In this document: piece by piece, positions 18,226-27,462 of the stretch
How positions within the stretch are numbered: the stretch's first letter is position 1
Layout of the letters: every line of letters begins with the position of its first letter
DNA from: an uncultured Chloroflexia bacterium
Lineage (GTDB): Bacteria > Chloroflexota > Limnocylindria > Limnocylindrales > CSP1-4
Direction of reading: 5' to 3'
Assembly (NCBI GenBank): GCA_963767945.1
Contig: CAVYGH010000011.1
Span: forward strand, 23,679-87,678
Length of the DNA: 64,000 bases
Position numbers and translations under genes: made by a program
Notes under the pieces: generated by a model
Seen by the model: only the letters and a program-made list of their open reading frames with translations
Databases searched by the model: none
What the model was told of the DNA's origin: nothing

Positions 18226-19341
18226 TCAGGAGGTCGTCCGGACGGGCATCACGACGTGCACGTAGGCGTCGTCGCCGACCGGACGGAACACGCCGGGTGA
18301 CAGCGGTCCGTTGAGCTCGAGCGCGAAGCGGTCCGCCTGGACGTTGCCGAGCACGTCGTTGAGGTAGCGCGCGTTGAACGCGATCGTCGTCGCGTCGCCC
18401 TCGATGGTCGCCTCGACGTCGCCCGTGTAGTCGCCGACGTCGGCGGTGGCGGTGACGACCACGCCGGTGTCGTCGCCGCCCACCTGGAGCTTCACGATGT
18501 TGGCCGACGAGCTCGCGATGAGGGCTGCCGGTCGCACGGCCCGCAGCAGCTCCTCCCGGTCGAGCTCCGCCCGCGTCGCATGCGTCGCCGGCAGCACGGT
18601 CTGGTAGTTCGGGAACTGGCCGTCGATGAGCCGCGAGACCAGGTCGATGCCCTCGAGATGGAACAGGACCTGGTTGCGGGCCTGCGCGAGCACGAGCTCG
18701 ACGGGGTCGTCCGTGTCGGCCAGGATCCGGGCCAGCTCCGCGAGGGCCCGTGCCGGGATCACGACCGCGGCGGCCTCGACCGGGTCGAGCACGTCGAGCG
18801 TGCGCACGGCGATCCGGTAGTTGTCCGCGGCGGCCAGCGTGAGCTTGCTGCCCTCGAACCGGGCGAGGACCCCGGTGAGGATCGGCCGGGCCTCGTCGCT
18901 CGCCGCGGCGAAGATCGTCTCCTCCAGGGCCCGCTTGAAGACCTTCTGTGAGACGCGGGTCGTCGGGCGCTCGCCGGCGGTCTGGATCGTCGGGAACTCC
19001 TCCGCGTCGATGCCCTTCACGTGGGTGGCGAATCGACCGCAGCGCAGGTGGAGCGTGTCGGCGCCCTGGAGCTCGAGGTCGACCCGCTCCGAGGCCGGGA
19101 GGGACCCGACCAGGTCCGTGAGCAGGCGCGCCGGGACGGTGGTCGCGCCGTCGGTCTCGATCTTGCCCGGCACCCAGTACGTGATGCCGATCTCGAGGTT
19201 GGTGGCCGTCAGCTTGAGGCCGGCGTCCTCGGTCCGGAGGAGGACGTTCGCGAGCACGGGCAGGGTGCTCCGGCTGGAGACCGCCCGCGACACCACCGAG
19301 AGGCCGCGCGCCAGGTTCTCCTGCATGACCGAGAGTTTCAC
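18226..19341 (-). CDS. dnaN: DNA polymerase III beta subunit (sliding clamp)
   Basis: ORF track 371 aa. 'MKLSVMQENLARGLSVVSRAVSSRSTLPVLANVLL' is the canonical DnaN N-terminus. It sits in the dnaA-dnaN-recF order. Confidence 0.95.
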   Translation of the reverse strand: MKLSVMQENLARGLSVVSRAVSSRSTLPVLANVLLRTEDAGLKLTATNLEIGITYWVPGKIETDGATTVPARLLTDLVGSLPASERVDLELQGADTLHLRCGRFATHVKGIDAEEFPTIQTAGERPTTRVSQKVFKRALEETIFAAASDEARPILTGVLARFEGSKLTLAAADNYRIAVRTLDVLDPVEAAAVVIPARALAELARILADTDDPVELVLAQARNQVLFHLEGIDLVSRLIDGQFPNYQTVLPATHATRAELDREELLRAVRPAALIASSSANIVKLQVGGDDTGVVVTATADVGDYTGDVEATIEGDATTIAFNARYLNDVLGNVQADRFALELNGPLSPGVFRPVGDDAYVHVVMPVRTTS

Positions 19342-19906
19342 GTGGGTTGTCTCCAGCAGCTTCTCTGGGGCGGGCGAGACTCGTGGGCCCCGTCGACCGA
19401 ATCCCGGCGTGACGGCGAGGGGGCCGCAGCTCCACGAGCCGCCGGCAGTGGAATGATCACCCTATCTTCTCATTCCGTCATCACCGTCATCATGCCGTGG
19501 AAACGGTGGATCGCGACGCTCGATCGTGCGGAATCGAGCGGTGGACGACGGCTCGCCGAGCGTGGTTGCGCGGGGCGCGCTTCGGGGACGGCATCCGGGT
19601 TGGCCGGTGGATGAATCCTGCCCGACCGGGTCCTCGACCCGCGACGAGCGCCGAACGGCCCGATTGGTCCCCGAGCCCATCCCCGCCGAGCGAGGCGGTT
19701 GTCCACGCATCCTGCGGGTTGTCCCCGGCTCGTCCCCAATCCGGGCATCGCCCCGCCGGCGCACGGGTTCGACGCGAGGGGTCAAGAGCGTGTCGCGGGG
19801 CACGAAATCGCCAGGCTGGACGCCGTCGGGGTCAGGAATGTGCGTTCTGCGCACGGCCGGCAAGGACTCCGGTCGCCTGAGAATCGCGCCAGCCGGGGCC
19901 GCGGAC
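19342..19906. other. Putative oriC (dnaA-dnaN intergenic region) with DnaA-box-like 9-mers and an AT-richer tract
   Basis: Box-like 9-mers:
- TTGTCCACG 19699-19707 (8/9 to TTGTCCACA)
- TTGTCCCCG 19719-19727
- inverted GGTGGACGA 19540-19548
- GGTGGATGA 19606-19614
- GGTGGATCG 19505-19513

The lowest-GC stretch is 19447-19500 and contains a tandem CCGTCATCA x2 (19475-19492). Confidence 0.6.
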
Positions 19907-21283
19907 CTACTCGCTGTAGATCATCTCCCGGACCGCCGCGACCTCGCGGCGCATCTCGTCGTTGACCTGCATCTCGCGGGTGATCTTGTCGCACGCGTGC
20001 AGGACCGTGGAGTGGTCCCGGTTGCCGAGCTCCGCGCCGATCCGGAGCAGCGAGACGTCCGTCTCCTCACGCATCAGGAACATCGCGATCTGGCGCGGCA
20101 CGACGATGCTCTTCTCGCGCTTCTGGCCGCGCAGCTGGTCCATCCCCACGCCGTAGTAGTCGGACACGGCCTGCGCGATGCGCTCGGGCGTGACCTGGCG
20201 CTTCTTGGGGTTGTAGAGCACGTTCGAGAGGACCGCCTGCGCGAGCTCGATCGAGACCGGCATCGCGCCCATCGACGCATAGGCCACGATCCGGTTGAGC
20301 GCCCCCTCGAGCTCCCGGATGTTGGACACGACCTTGCGGGCGATGAACTCGATCACGTCGGACGTGATCGGCACGCCCTGCTCCTCCGCCTTCGCCCGCA
20401 GGATCGCGATCCGCGTCTCCAGGTCGGGCGCCGTGAGATCCGCGATGAGCCCCCACTCGAACCGGGACCGCAGCCGCTCCTCGAGCGTCAGGATCGCCTT
20501 CGGCGGCCGGTCGGACGAGAGCACGATCTGCTTGCCGTCCTCGTGGATCGCGTTGAACGTGTGGAAGAACTCTTCCTGCGTTCGCTCCTTGTCGGCGATG
20601 AACTGGATGTCGTCGATCAGGAGGAGGTCGATCCGGCGGTAGCGCGCGCGGAACTCGTCGATCTTGCCTTGCTGGATCGACGTGATGAACTCGTTGGTGA
20701 ACTTCTCGCTGGTCGCGTACACGACCCGCTTGCGCGGGAACTTCGCGACCACCGCGTTGCCGATCGCGTGCATCAGGTGGGTCTTGCCCAGGCCCACGCC
20801 CCCGTACAGGAACAACGGGTTGTACGCATGGCCGGGTCGCTCCGCGACCGACAGCGAGGCGGCGTGCGCGAGCCGGTTGGCCGAGCCCACGATGAAGTTC
20901 GAGAACGTGTACCGGGCGTTGAGGTTCGTGGCGCCGGCCGCCGCACCCTCCGGAGCGCCGACGCGGGTCGGCTCGACGCGGACCGGCTGGGCGACGGTCT
21001 CGGCGACCGGCGCGACGCCGTCGGCGTCTGCGGCGCCGTTGGCCACCACGACGAACTCGACCTGGACGCTGTACCCGACGACGCGGGCAAGCGTCTGGGA
21101 GATCAGGGAGCGGTAGCGGGTCTCGAGCCAGTCCTTCGCGAACCCGTTGGGGACGGCGATCCGGAACCGCTGGTCATCCACGTCGACGAGGCGCGTCTCA
21201 CGCAGCCAGGTCTCATAGTTGGCGGGCGAGAGCGAAACCTGGAGCTCTCCGAGCGCGGCGCGCCAGACCTGCTTCGCGTCCAT
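19907..21283 (-). CDS. dnaA: Chromosomal replication initiator protein DnaA
   Basis: The start is set to ATG 21283 ('MDAKQVWRAALGELQ...'). It has the AAA+ Walker A 'GGVGLGKTHLMHA', 'LLIDDIQF' and the C-terminal DNA-binding 'HSTVLHACDKI'. The ORF-track extension to 21754 is non-homologous. Confidence 0.95.
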   Translation of the reverse strand: MDAKQVWRAALGELQVSLSPANYETWLRETRLVDVDDQRFRIAVPNGFAKDWLETRYRSLISQTLARVVGYSVQVEFVVVANGAADADGVAPVAETVAQPVRVEPTRVGAPEGAAAGATNLNARYTFSNFIVGSANRLAHAASLSVAERPGHAYNPLFLYGGVGLGKTHLMHAIGNAVVAKFPRKRVVYATSEKFTNEFITSIQQGKIDEFRARYRRIDLLLIDDIQFIADKERTQEEFFHTFNAIHEDGKQIVLSSDRPPKAILTLEERLRSRFEWGLIADLTAPDLETRIAILRAKAEEQGVPITSDVIEFIARKVVSNIRELEGALNRIVAYASMGAMPVSIELAQAVLSNVLYNPKKRQVTPERIAQAVSDYYGVGMDQLRGQKREKSIVVPRQIAMFLMREETDVSLLRIGAELGNRDHSTVLHACDKITREMQVNDEMRREVAAVREMIYSE

Positions 21284-21765
21284 TCCGACGATCGTGATCC
21301 TGATAAGGGCTGCGATGGATGATGACGCCGACGGATACACGCCGACCGCGGGGCCAGTGACGAGGAGGACATCGCGGCGAACCCGCGGGAGGATCCTGGC
21401 GGCACCAGCTGTCGTCCGACGGGCTTCCTCTCGGAGGGTCCCCCGCGGCGTCCCGGCGCCTGAGGCTGGGGAACAATACACCGGGGCTCGGGGCCGTCGC
21501 AAGGCGATTCGCGCATACCCCCAGGGGGTATCGTGCGGGACCCGTGTCGATCGCCCGGACCGGAGTCGTCGGACGGCCCCCGGGATCGGCATCGGCGGCC
21601 GCTCGCGAGCCTGTCGCACGTTTGACACTCGTTCGGGGCGGGCCATATCATCCCCCGCGACGAACACGCGCCGTCGCGCTTTATGGCGCTCGGCGCGTTT
21701 GCGTGCCTCCAGGAGTCGGAGCTTCCGGGTCCAAGGCAGGACGGAGAGGATCACGGACAGTCCCG

Positions 21766-21903
21766 ATGGGCAAACCGACGTTTCAGCCCAAGAAGCGACA
21801 CCGCGCCAAGGAGCATGGGTTCCGCGCCCGCATGAAGACGGCGGGCGGTCGGCGCGTTCTCGCGACTCGGCGCGCGAGGGGCCGGAAAAAGCTCTCGGCC
21901 TGA
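21766..21903 (+). CDS. rpmH: 50S ribosomal protein L34
   Basis: '[45 protein letters not shown]' is 45 aa. The gene is divergent from dnaA. Confidence 0.95.
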
Positions 21904-21938
21904 CCGGCGGGCGCAGTCAGAACTCGCTGCGACTCGTC

Positions 21939-22274
21939 ATGCTCTCCCGCCCGGGCGACTTCGCCAGGCTGGCGGAGGGAAGCGTCACCCGGACGCACCC
22001 GCTGCTCGTCGGGCGGTTCGCGCGGACCGACCTTGACCAGACCCGGTTCGGGCTCGCGACCGGCAAGCGGCTCGGAGGGGCCGTGGTCCGGAACCGCGTC
22101 CGCCGCCGGATCCGCGAGGCGCTGAGGGTGATGGCGCCAGCGTTCCAGCCCGGCTGGGACGTCCTCATCATCGCCCGGCCCGCGCTCGTCGCAGCCGACC
22201 ATGACGCGCTGGTCGGAGCATTGAACCGGGTCCTCCAGGCGGGGGGCGTGGTCGGAGGTCGGACCAAGTCGTGA
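21939..22274 (+). CDS. rnpA: Ribonuclease P protein component
   Basis: ATG 21939. 'GDFARL', '[27 protein letters not shown]' is the RNase P protein signature. It follows rpmH. Confidence 0.9.
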
Positions 22275-22489
22275 AGCGTGTCGGGGTGACGATCGGTGTG
22301 AGCCTGATCCGGCTCTATCGAATCGTGTTCGCCTGGCTGCCGTCCGGCTGCCGCTTCGAGCCCACGTGCTCCCGGTACACCGAGCAGGCGATCCAGAAAT
22401 ACGGCCTGCTTCGCGGCAGCTGGATGGGTGCGAAGCGCATCGGCCGGTGCCATCCCTGGAACCCCGGCGGCTACGACCCCGTCCGCTGA
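22271..22489 (+). CDS. yidD: Membrane protein insertion efficiency factor YidD
   Basis: '[34 protein letters not shown]...[13 protein letters not shown]' is present. There is a GTGA overlap with rnpA. Confidence 0.95.
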
Positions 22490-22509
22490 CCACACGAGAC
22501 GACCACCGC

Positions 22510-23685
22510 GTGACCCGCCTTCGCCCGCTCCTCGCCCGATCGATGCCGATCCTGCTCCTCGTGCTGATCGCGCTGGTGGTCGCCGCCTGCTCGCCGCTGG
22601 GCAGCACGCCCAGCGGGTCGCCCGGCGTCACGCCGACGCCGAGCCAGGCCGCGCTGGTGCCGGCGAGCCCGGGGGCGAACCCGATCGAGCTCCTGGCCTG
22701 GCTGTTCACGCCGATCTTCCAGCTGCTGTTCATCGGGCTCGTGTTCTTCTACCAGCTGACCGGCCAGAACATCGTGTTCGGCATCCTGCTGCTGACGATC
22801 GCGCTGCGGCTCCTGGTGATCCCGCTCTACCGCCGACAGCTCGTGTCCTCGCGCCAGATGCAGCTACTGCAGCCCGAGATCAAGGAGCTGCAGCGGAAGT
22901 ACAAGGGCGACCGGATCAAGGCGCAGTCCTCGGTCTCGGAGTTCTACAAGGCCCGGGGCGTCAACCCCGCCGGCGGCTGCCTGCCGATCCTGCTCACGAT
23001 GGGCCTGCTGATCCCGATGTACTCGGTCTTCAGCCAGGGCCTGACCAACTACAACCCGAGCGCGATGTGGCACGTGTTCGGCATCAACCTGTTCCCGAAC
23101 ATCGTGTGCCCGACGGCGCCCGAGTTCAACGCCGCCGGCCACGTGATCAACCCGTGCCTCGACGCCGTCGCCTATGGCATCAACTGGGGCCTGCCGGAGC
23201 CGGCGATCACCGGCCTGTACATCGCGGGCTTCGGGATCAGCATCCTCGCGATCCTCTCGTCGCTGACGCAGCTGGTCGCCTCCCGGATGACGCTGCCGCC
23301 GCACGACCCGAACACCGCAGACGACCAGAACGTGAAGCTGCAGCGCCAGATGGCCTACTTCCTGCCCCTGATCTCGATCGTGTGGGGCAGCACGCTGCCG
23401 GCAGGCCTGTTCCTGTACTGGATCACGGCTACGCTGATCCAGATCGGCCAGCAGTACCTCATCCTCGGCTGGGGCGGGATGTTCCCGCTGTTCGGGTGGT
23501 ACCCGGAGTTCGCGCGCAACCATTCGCCGCGGTTCCCGGTCAAGATCCCCGAACCCAAGCCGCCCACACCTGGCGAGACCGCGAGCGCGGCGGAGCGCTC
23601 GAAAGCCGTCGATCGGGACCTGTCCGCCCGGTCGACGATCCGGCCCAACCGCACTCGAACCGCGCGACGAGGGAGACGACGCTGA
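22510..23685 (+). CDS. yidC: Membrane protein insertase YidC (lipoprotein-type, Gram-positive-like)
   Basis: The start is GTG 22510 (alternative ATG 22543). It has a lipobox 'LVVAAC', 'LPLYRRQ', 'MQLLQPEIKELQRKYKGD', 'GGCLPILL' and a basic C-terminal tail. Confidence 0.9.
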   Translation: MTRLRPLLARSMPILLLVLIALVVAACSPLGSTPSGSPGVTPTPSQAALVPASPGANPIELLAWLFTPIFQLLFIGLVFFYQLTGQNIVFGILLLTIALRLLVIPLYRRQLVSSRQMQLLQPEIKELQRKYKGDRIKAQSSVSEFYKARGVNPAGGCLPILLTMGLLIPMYSVFSQGLTNYNPSAMWHVFGINLFPNIVCPTAPEFNAAGHVINPCLDAVAYGINWGLPEPAITGLYIAGFGISILAILSSLTQLVASRMTLPPHDPNTADDQNVKLQRQMAYFLPLISIVWGSTLPAGLFLYWITATLIQIGQQYLILGWGGMFPLFGWYPEFARNHSPRFPVKIPEPKPPTPGETASAAERSKAVDRDLSARSTIRPNRTRTARRGRRR

Positions 23686-23686
23686 C

Positions 23687-24734
23687 ATGAGCGAGTACCA
23701 GGAGTTCACCGGCAAGTCCGTCGAAGAGGCGATCAAGACCGCCTGCGACGCGTTCGGCGTCGGCCTCGCGGACCTCGACTTCGAGATCCTCACGCCCGGC
23801 AGCCGCGGCGTCCTGGGCATGGGCGCCGAGCCCGCCCGGATCGTCGCCGCGCCCCGCAGCGCCCTGGGTGGCTCCGCCCCGAAGCGGGAAGCCGCCGAGG
23901 CGACGCCCCTGCCGCCGCAGGCGCCCCGCGACGACCGGCCGTTCGAGCGCGACGACCGCGGCGGCGACCGCGGCCCCCGGCGCGACGACCGCGGCGGCTA
24001 TCGCGGCGCCCCGGATCGCGACCGCGGCCCGCGGCGCGACGACCGGCCCGCCGCCGCCGCCCCTCGACCGAACGACCGCGGCGGCGACCGCGGCGGCTGA
24101 CCGCGGCGCCCCCGACCGCGGCCCCCGGCGCGACGACCGGCCCCGGCCGGACGCCCGGCCCGCGCGCGGCGGCTCCGAGCTGTCGGCGGCCGAGGAAGCC
24201 CAGGTGACGACCGCCCGCGGCTCGCTGGCCATGGAGCGCGCGGAGCTCGAGGCCGCCGAGGCGACGCCCGAGACCCTCGCCGCCGGCAAGGAGATCCTCG
24301 AGACCCTGATGGGCCACCTCGGGTTCGAGGGGATCGCGGTCGAGATCCGCGAGGGCGAGACGAGCCGGCTGAACGTGGTCGGCGACGGCGCCGATCGCGA
24401 GGCCCTCGGCTCGCTCATCGGGCGCAAGGGCGAGCGGCTGTCCGCGCTGCAGCACCTCGTGAACCTCATGCTCTCGCGGCGCACCGGCCAGTGGACGCGC
24501 GTGCTCGTCGACGTCGAGGACTACCGCGGCCGCCGCGAGCGCCAGCTCGTGGATCTCGCGACCCGCGCCGCCGAGCGCGTCGAGCAGACCGGCAAGATGC
24601 TCCAGCTGGAGCCCATGCCCGCGCTCGAGCGTCGCTGGATCCACCTCGCGCTGCGCGACAACGACTCGGTCTCGACCCAGTCGATCGGCGACGAGCCGAA
24701 CCGGCGGGTCGTCGTGCTGCCGCGAAACCCGTAG
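23687..24734 (+). pseudogene. jag: Jag/KhpB (Jag_N + KH + R3H) RNA-binding protein, reading frame broken in the Arg/Gly/Asp-rich linker
   Basis: The Jag_N part (ORF 23687..24100) stops at TGA 24098-24100. The linker repeat and the KH/R3H domains ('IGRKGERLSALQHL', 'LEPMPALERRWIHLAL') continue in the +1 frame from 24099 to 24734. Confidence 0.8.
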
Positions 24735-24820
24735 CGCGTCTCCGGCGCAGCGAATGAGCCGCGCGCGGGGCGCCGGCTCGGCGGGCCCGCGCGACACCCA
24801 CGACTGACCGCCGCGCTCCC

Positions 24821-25456
24821 ATGCCCCTCGAGCTGTTCCTGCGCGGGCTCGCCATCGGGTTCGCCGTGGCGTTCGCCCTCGGGCCGATCGGCCTCCTGGT
24901 CATCAAGCGCACGGTGGACCGGGGCTGGGCCTACGGGTTCCTGTCGGGGATCGGGGTGGCGACCGCCGACGCCACCTACGGGGCGATCGCGGCGTTCGGG
25001 CTCACGGCGGTCACGGAGCTGCTCGTCGGCATCGACCGCTGGCTGGGCATCGTGGGCGGCTCGGTGCTGCTCGTGCTCGCGGCGAAGGCCCTGCGTGATT
25101 CGCGGCGAGCGGGCCCGGCGACGGCCCGCGAGGATCCGGGCCGGCTCGGGACGCCGCTCGGTGGCTGGCTCTCGATGGTCGGGCTGACGCTCACCAACCC
25201 GGCCACGATCCTGTCGTTCGCCGCGCTGTTCGCGAGCATCGGCGCCGGCACGGGCGGGGTCGGCGGCGCGACCGCCGTCGTGGCGGGCGTGTTCGCCGGA
25301 TCGGTCGCCTGGTGGGCGATCCTGACCGGCGTCGTCGCGGGCCTGCGGACACGGATGACGCCCCGGGCGATCCGCTGGCTGAACGTCGCCTCGGCGGTGA
25401 TCATCGGCGGTTTCGGCGTGGCGGCGATCGTGCTCGGCCTGACGGGCGGCGACTGA
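24821..25456 (+). CDS. LysE/RhtB family amino-acid exporter
   Basis: ORF track 211 aa. 'FLRGLAIGFAVAFALGPIGLL' and six hydrophobic spans are typical of the LysE family. Confidence 0.8.
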   Translation: MPLELFLRGLAIGFAVAFALGPIGLLVIKRTVDRGWAYGFLSGIGVATADATYGAIAAFGLTAVTELLVGIDRWLGIVGGSVLLVLAAKALRDSRRAGPATAREDPGRLGTPLGGWLSMVGLTLTNPATILSFAALFASIGAGTGGVGGATAVVAGVFAGSVAWWAILTGVVAGLRTRMTPRAIRWLNVASAVIIGGFGVAAIVLGLTGGD

Positions 25457-26166
25457 TGGCGAAGGGTCGCGGACGACCGCTCCCGGCGGCGGCCGTGTTC
25501 GACTGGGACGGCACGATCATCGACACGCTGCCGCTGATCTACCGCGCCAACGTCGTGGTCCTCGGCGAGCTCGGCATCACGCTGTCGCACGACTGGTTCC
25601 GCGAGCGCTACACGCCGGACTGGCGCGCCGCCTACCGCGAGCTCGGCGTGCCCGAGGATCGCTGGGAGGCGGTCGCGGCCCGGTGGTCCGAGGAGATGCT
25701 GGCCGGCCGGCCCCGGGCGATCCCGTGGGTCCGCGGCGCGCTGCGCCGGCTCGCCCGGAGCGGCATGCGGCTGGGCCTGGTCACCGCGTCGACGCGCAAG
25801 GTCGTGGAGCCCAACCTGGCGCGCCTCGGCCTCGACGGCGTGTTCGCGACGGCGTACTACGCGGACGATGTCACGACCGGCAAGCCCCACCCCGAGGCGC
25901 TGCTCCTCGCGCTCGCCGACCTCGGGGTGGAGCCCGACGACGCCGTGTACGTGGGCGACACCACCGTCGACCTCGAGATGGCGACGGCCGCCGGGGTGCC
26001 GTTCGCCGCCGTCGCCGGGACGACCCGGGAGTCGGTGTTCCTCGCCGCGGGCGTCGAGCGGGTCTGGCCCGACGTCGGGAGGTGGGCCGACGATCTCCTG
26101 GGGCTCGGGCCCCGCAAGCGCGCCCGACCGTCCGGCCGGCGTCAGCCGGCCTCGAGCCGCGCGTAG
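25456..26166 (+). CDS. HAD-IA family hydrolase (phosphoglycolate phosphatase-like)
   Basis: ATG 25456 overlaps the LysE stop. HAD motifs: 'VFDWDGTIIDT', 'LVTAS', 'GKPHPE' and 'YVGDTTVDLEMA'. Confidence 0.8.
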   Translation: MAKGRGRPLPAAAVFDWDGTIIDTLPLIYRANVVVLGELGITLSHDWFRERYTPDWRAAYRELGVPEDRWEAVAARWSEEMLAGRPRAIPWVRGALRRLARSGMRLGLVTASTRKVVEPNLARLGLDGVFATAYYADDVTTGKPHPEALLLALADLGVEPDDAVYVGDTTVDLEMATAAGVPFAAVAGTTRESVFLAAGVERVWPDVGRWADDLLGLGPRKRARPSGRRQPASSRA

Positions 26167-26678
26167 CGGTCGGCCGCGATGTCGACGACGGCGTCGAGCG
26201 CCCGGTCGATCTCCTCGTCGCGGTCGGCGGTGAGCGCGGCCTCCATGCCCGGCAGCAGCGCCTCGCGCGGGCGACCGGCGACGAACACGCAGTAGCGGAA
26301 CCCGAACCGCGCCTCGTAGGCGTCGTTCAGCCGCTCGAGCTCGGCGGCGAGGCGCTCGCGCGCCGCCGCAGCCTCGACCGCGTCGGCGTCCGTCCCATAG
26401 CCCTGCTCCGCGAACGAGAGCGCCGACACCGAGCCGGGCGGCGCGCCGAGCCGCGGGTGGGCATCGATCAGCTCGAGCTGCTCGGCCTCGGGCATCGCGT
26501 GGGCGAGGTCGCGCGCCCGGGAGAACAGGGTCGCGGCGTCGCCGAACGGTCGCGCCGCGACGAGGCGGGCCAGGTACCGCGGCGCACCCTCGAACAGCGG
26601 CGCGAGCGCTTCGGTACAGGCGACCGGGTCGAGCGTGTCGAGGATCCAGGCTCCCTCGGTCGAGCCCGGATCGGGCAC
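26142..26678 (-). CDS. uraD: 2-oxo-4-hydroxy-4-carboxy-5-ureidoimidazoline (OHCU) decarboxylase
   Basis: 'LIDAHPRLG', 'YEARFGFRYCVFVAGR' are present. It is adjacent to HIU hydrolase. Confidence 0.85.
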   Translation of the reverse strand: MPDPGSTEGAWILDTLDPVACTEALAPLFEGAPRYLARLVAARPFGDAATLFSRARDLAHAMPEAEQLELIDAHPRLGAPPGSVSALSFAEQGYGTDADAVEAAAARERLAAELERLNDAYEARFGFRYCVFVAGRPREALLPGMEAALTADRDEEIDRALDAVVDIAADRYARLEAG

Positions 26679-26679
26679 G

Positions 26680-27015
26680 TCAGGACCCCCGGTAGGTCGA
26701 CAGCCCGAACGGCGCCACCAGCAGCGGCACGTGGTAGCTGCGCGCCGGATCGGTGACCCGGAGCTCGACCGTGACCGACGTGAAGAACCCCTCCCCGCCG
26801 AGGTCGAACTCGAGGGCGTACGCGCTGGCCTCGAGGGCCGTGGGTCCGAGCAGGTCGCGGACCCGGCCGTCGTCGTCGGTCACGGCCTCGACCACGAGCG
26901 TCGCCGGTCCCTCGGACAGGCCGAGCTTCCAGAGACGGACGGTCGCGCCGGCCCTCGGGGCACCCGATCCGGTGTCCAGGATGTGGGTCGAGATCGTCGG
27001 TCTGTCCGATGCCAC
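26680..27015 (-). CDS. uraH: 5-hydroxyisourate hydrolase (transthyretin-like)
   Basis: 'ISTHILDTGSG', 'YHVPLLVAPFGLSTYRGS' are present, including the C-terminal YRGS signature. The start is GTG with GGAGGA 7 nt upstream. Confidence 0.9.
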   Translation of the reverse strand: MASDRPTISTHILDTGSGAPRAGATVRLWKLGLSEGPATLVVEAVTDDDGRVRDLLGPTALEASAYALEFDLGGEGFFTSVTVELRVTDPARSYHVPLLVAPFGLSTYRGS

Positions 27016-27032
27016 CCGGGTATCCTCCGCCG

Positions 27033-27455
27033 ATGAGCGATCTGTCGATCCGCGTTGGGGACCTGAACTTTAGCGCCCGCTGGGAGCCCGACGCGCCCCG
27101 CACGATCGCGGTGATCCGCGCGATGCTGCCGCTGCGGGCCCGGCTGATCCACTGCCGGTGGAGCGGCGAGTCCACGTGGATCCCCTACGGCGACCTGCGA
27201 CCGGACGTCGGCTGGGAGCATCACACGTCGCACCCGGCGCCGGGCCAGCTCGCGCTCTATCCCGGGGGCATCAGCGAGTGCGAGATCTTCTTCCCGTACG
27301 GGGCGTGCACGACCTCGTCCAAGGTCGGCCAGCTCGCCGCCAACCACTTCGCGACGGTCCTGCCCGAGGACGGCTGGGAGGATCGGCTGCAGGAGGTCGG
27401 CCGGCGCTGTCTCTGGGACGGTGCGCAGGACATCGAGATCGTCGAGCTCGGCTGA
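27033..27455 (+). CDS. DUF3830 (cyclophilin-like fold) family protein
   Basis: ORF track 27009..27455. The start is set at ATG 27033 ('MSDLSIRVGD...'). 'RLIHCRWSGESTWIPYGD', 'GEIFFPYG'-like 'CEIFFPYGA' are recalled from DUF3830 proteins. It is divergent from uraH. Confidence 0.6.
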   Translation: MSDLSIRVGDLNFSARWEPDAPRTIAVIRAMLPLRARLIHCRWSGESTWIPYGDLRPDVGWEHHTSHPAPGQLALYPGGISECEIFFPYGACTTSSKVGQLAANHFATVLPEDGWEDRLQEVGRRCLWDGAQDIEIVELG

Positions 27456-27462
27456 CGCGGGG

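Noticed and set aside
18146-19435. Upstream two-thirds of ORF 16994..19435 (813 aa)
   Set aside because: It lies entirely inside dnaN in another frame. Only the RecF-homologous part was kept.
21900-21938. CTG 21900 overlapping the rpmH stop as an rnpA start (same CTGA pattern as recF and the sigma factor)
   Set aside because: An in-frame ATG at 21939 gives an RnpA N-terminus of normal length ('MLSRPGDF...'), so a non-canonical start is not needed.
23940-24140. Short tandem DNA repeats (GACCGCGGCGGC-type) as a possible CRISPR or VNTR
   Set aside because: The repeats are in-frame coding repeats of the Jag linker (DRGG/RRDDR). There is no spacer-repeat architecture and there are no cas genes.
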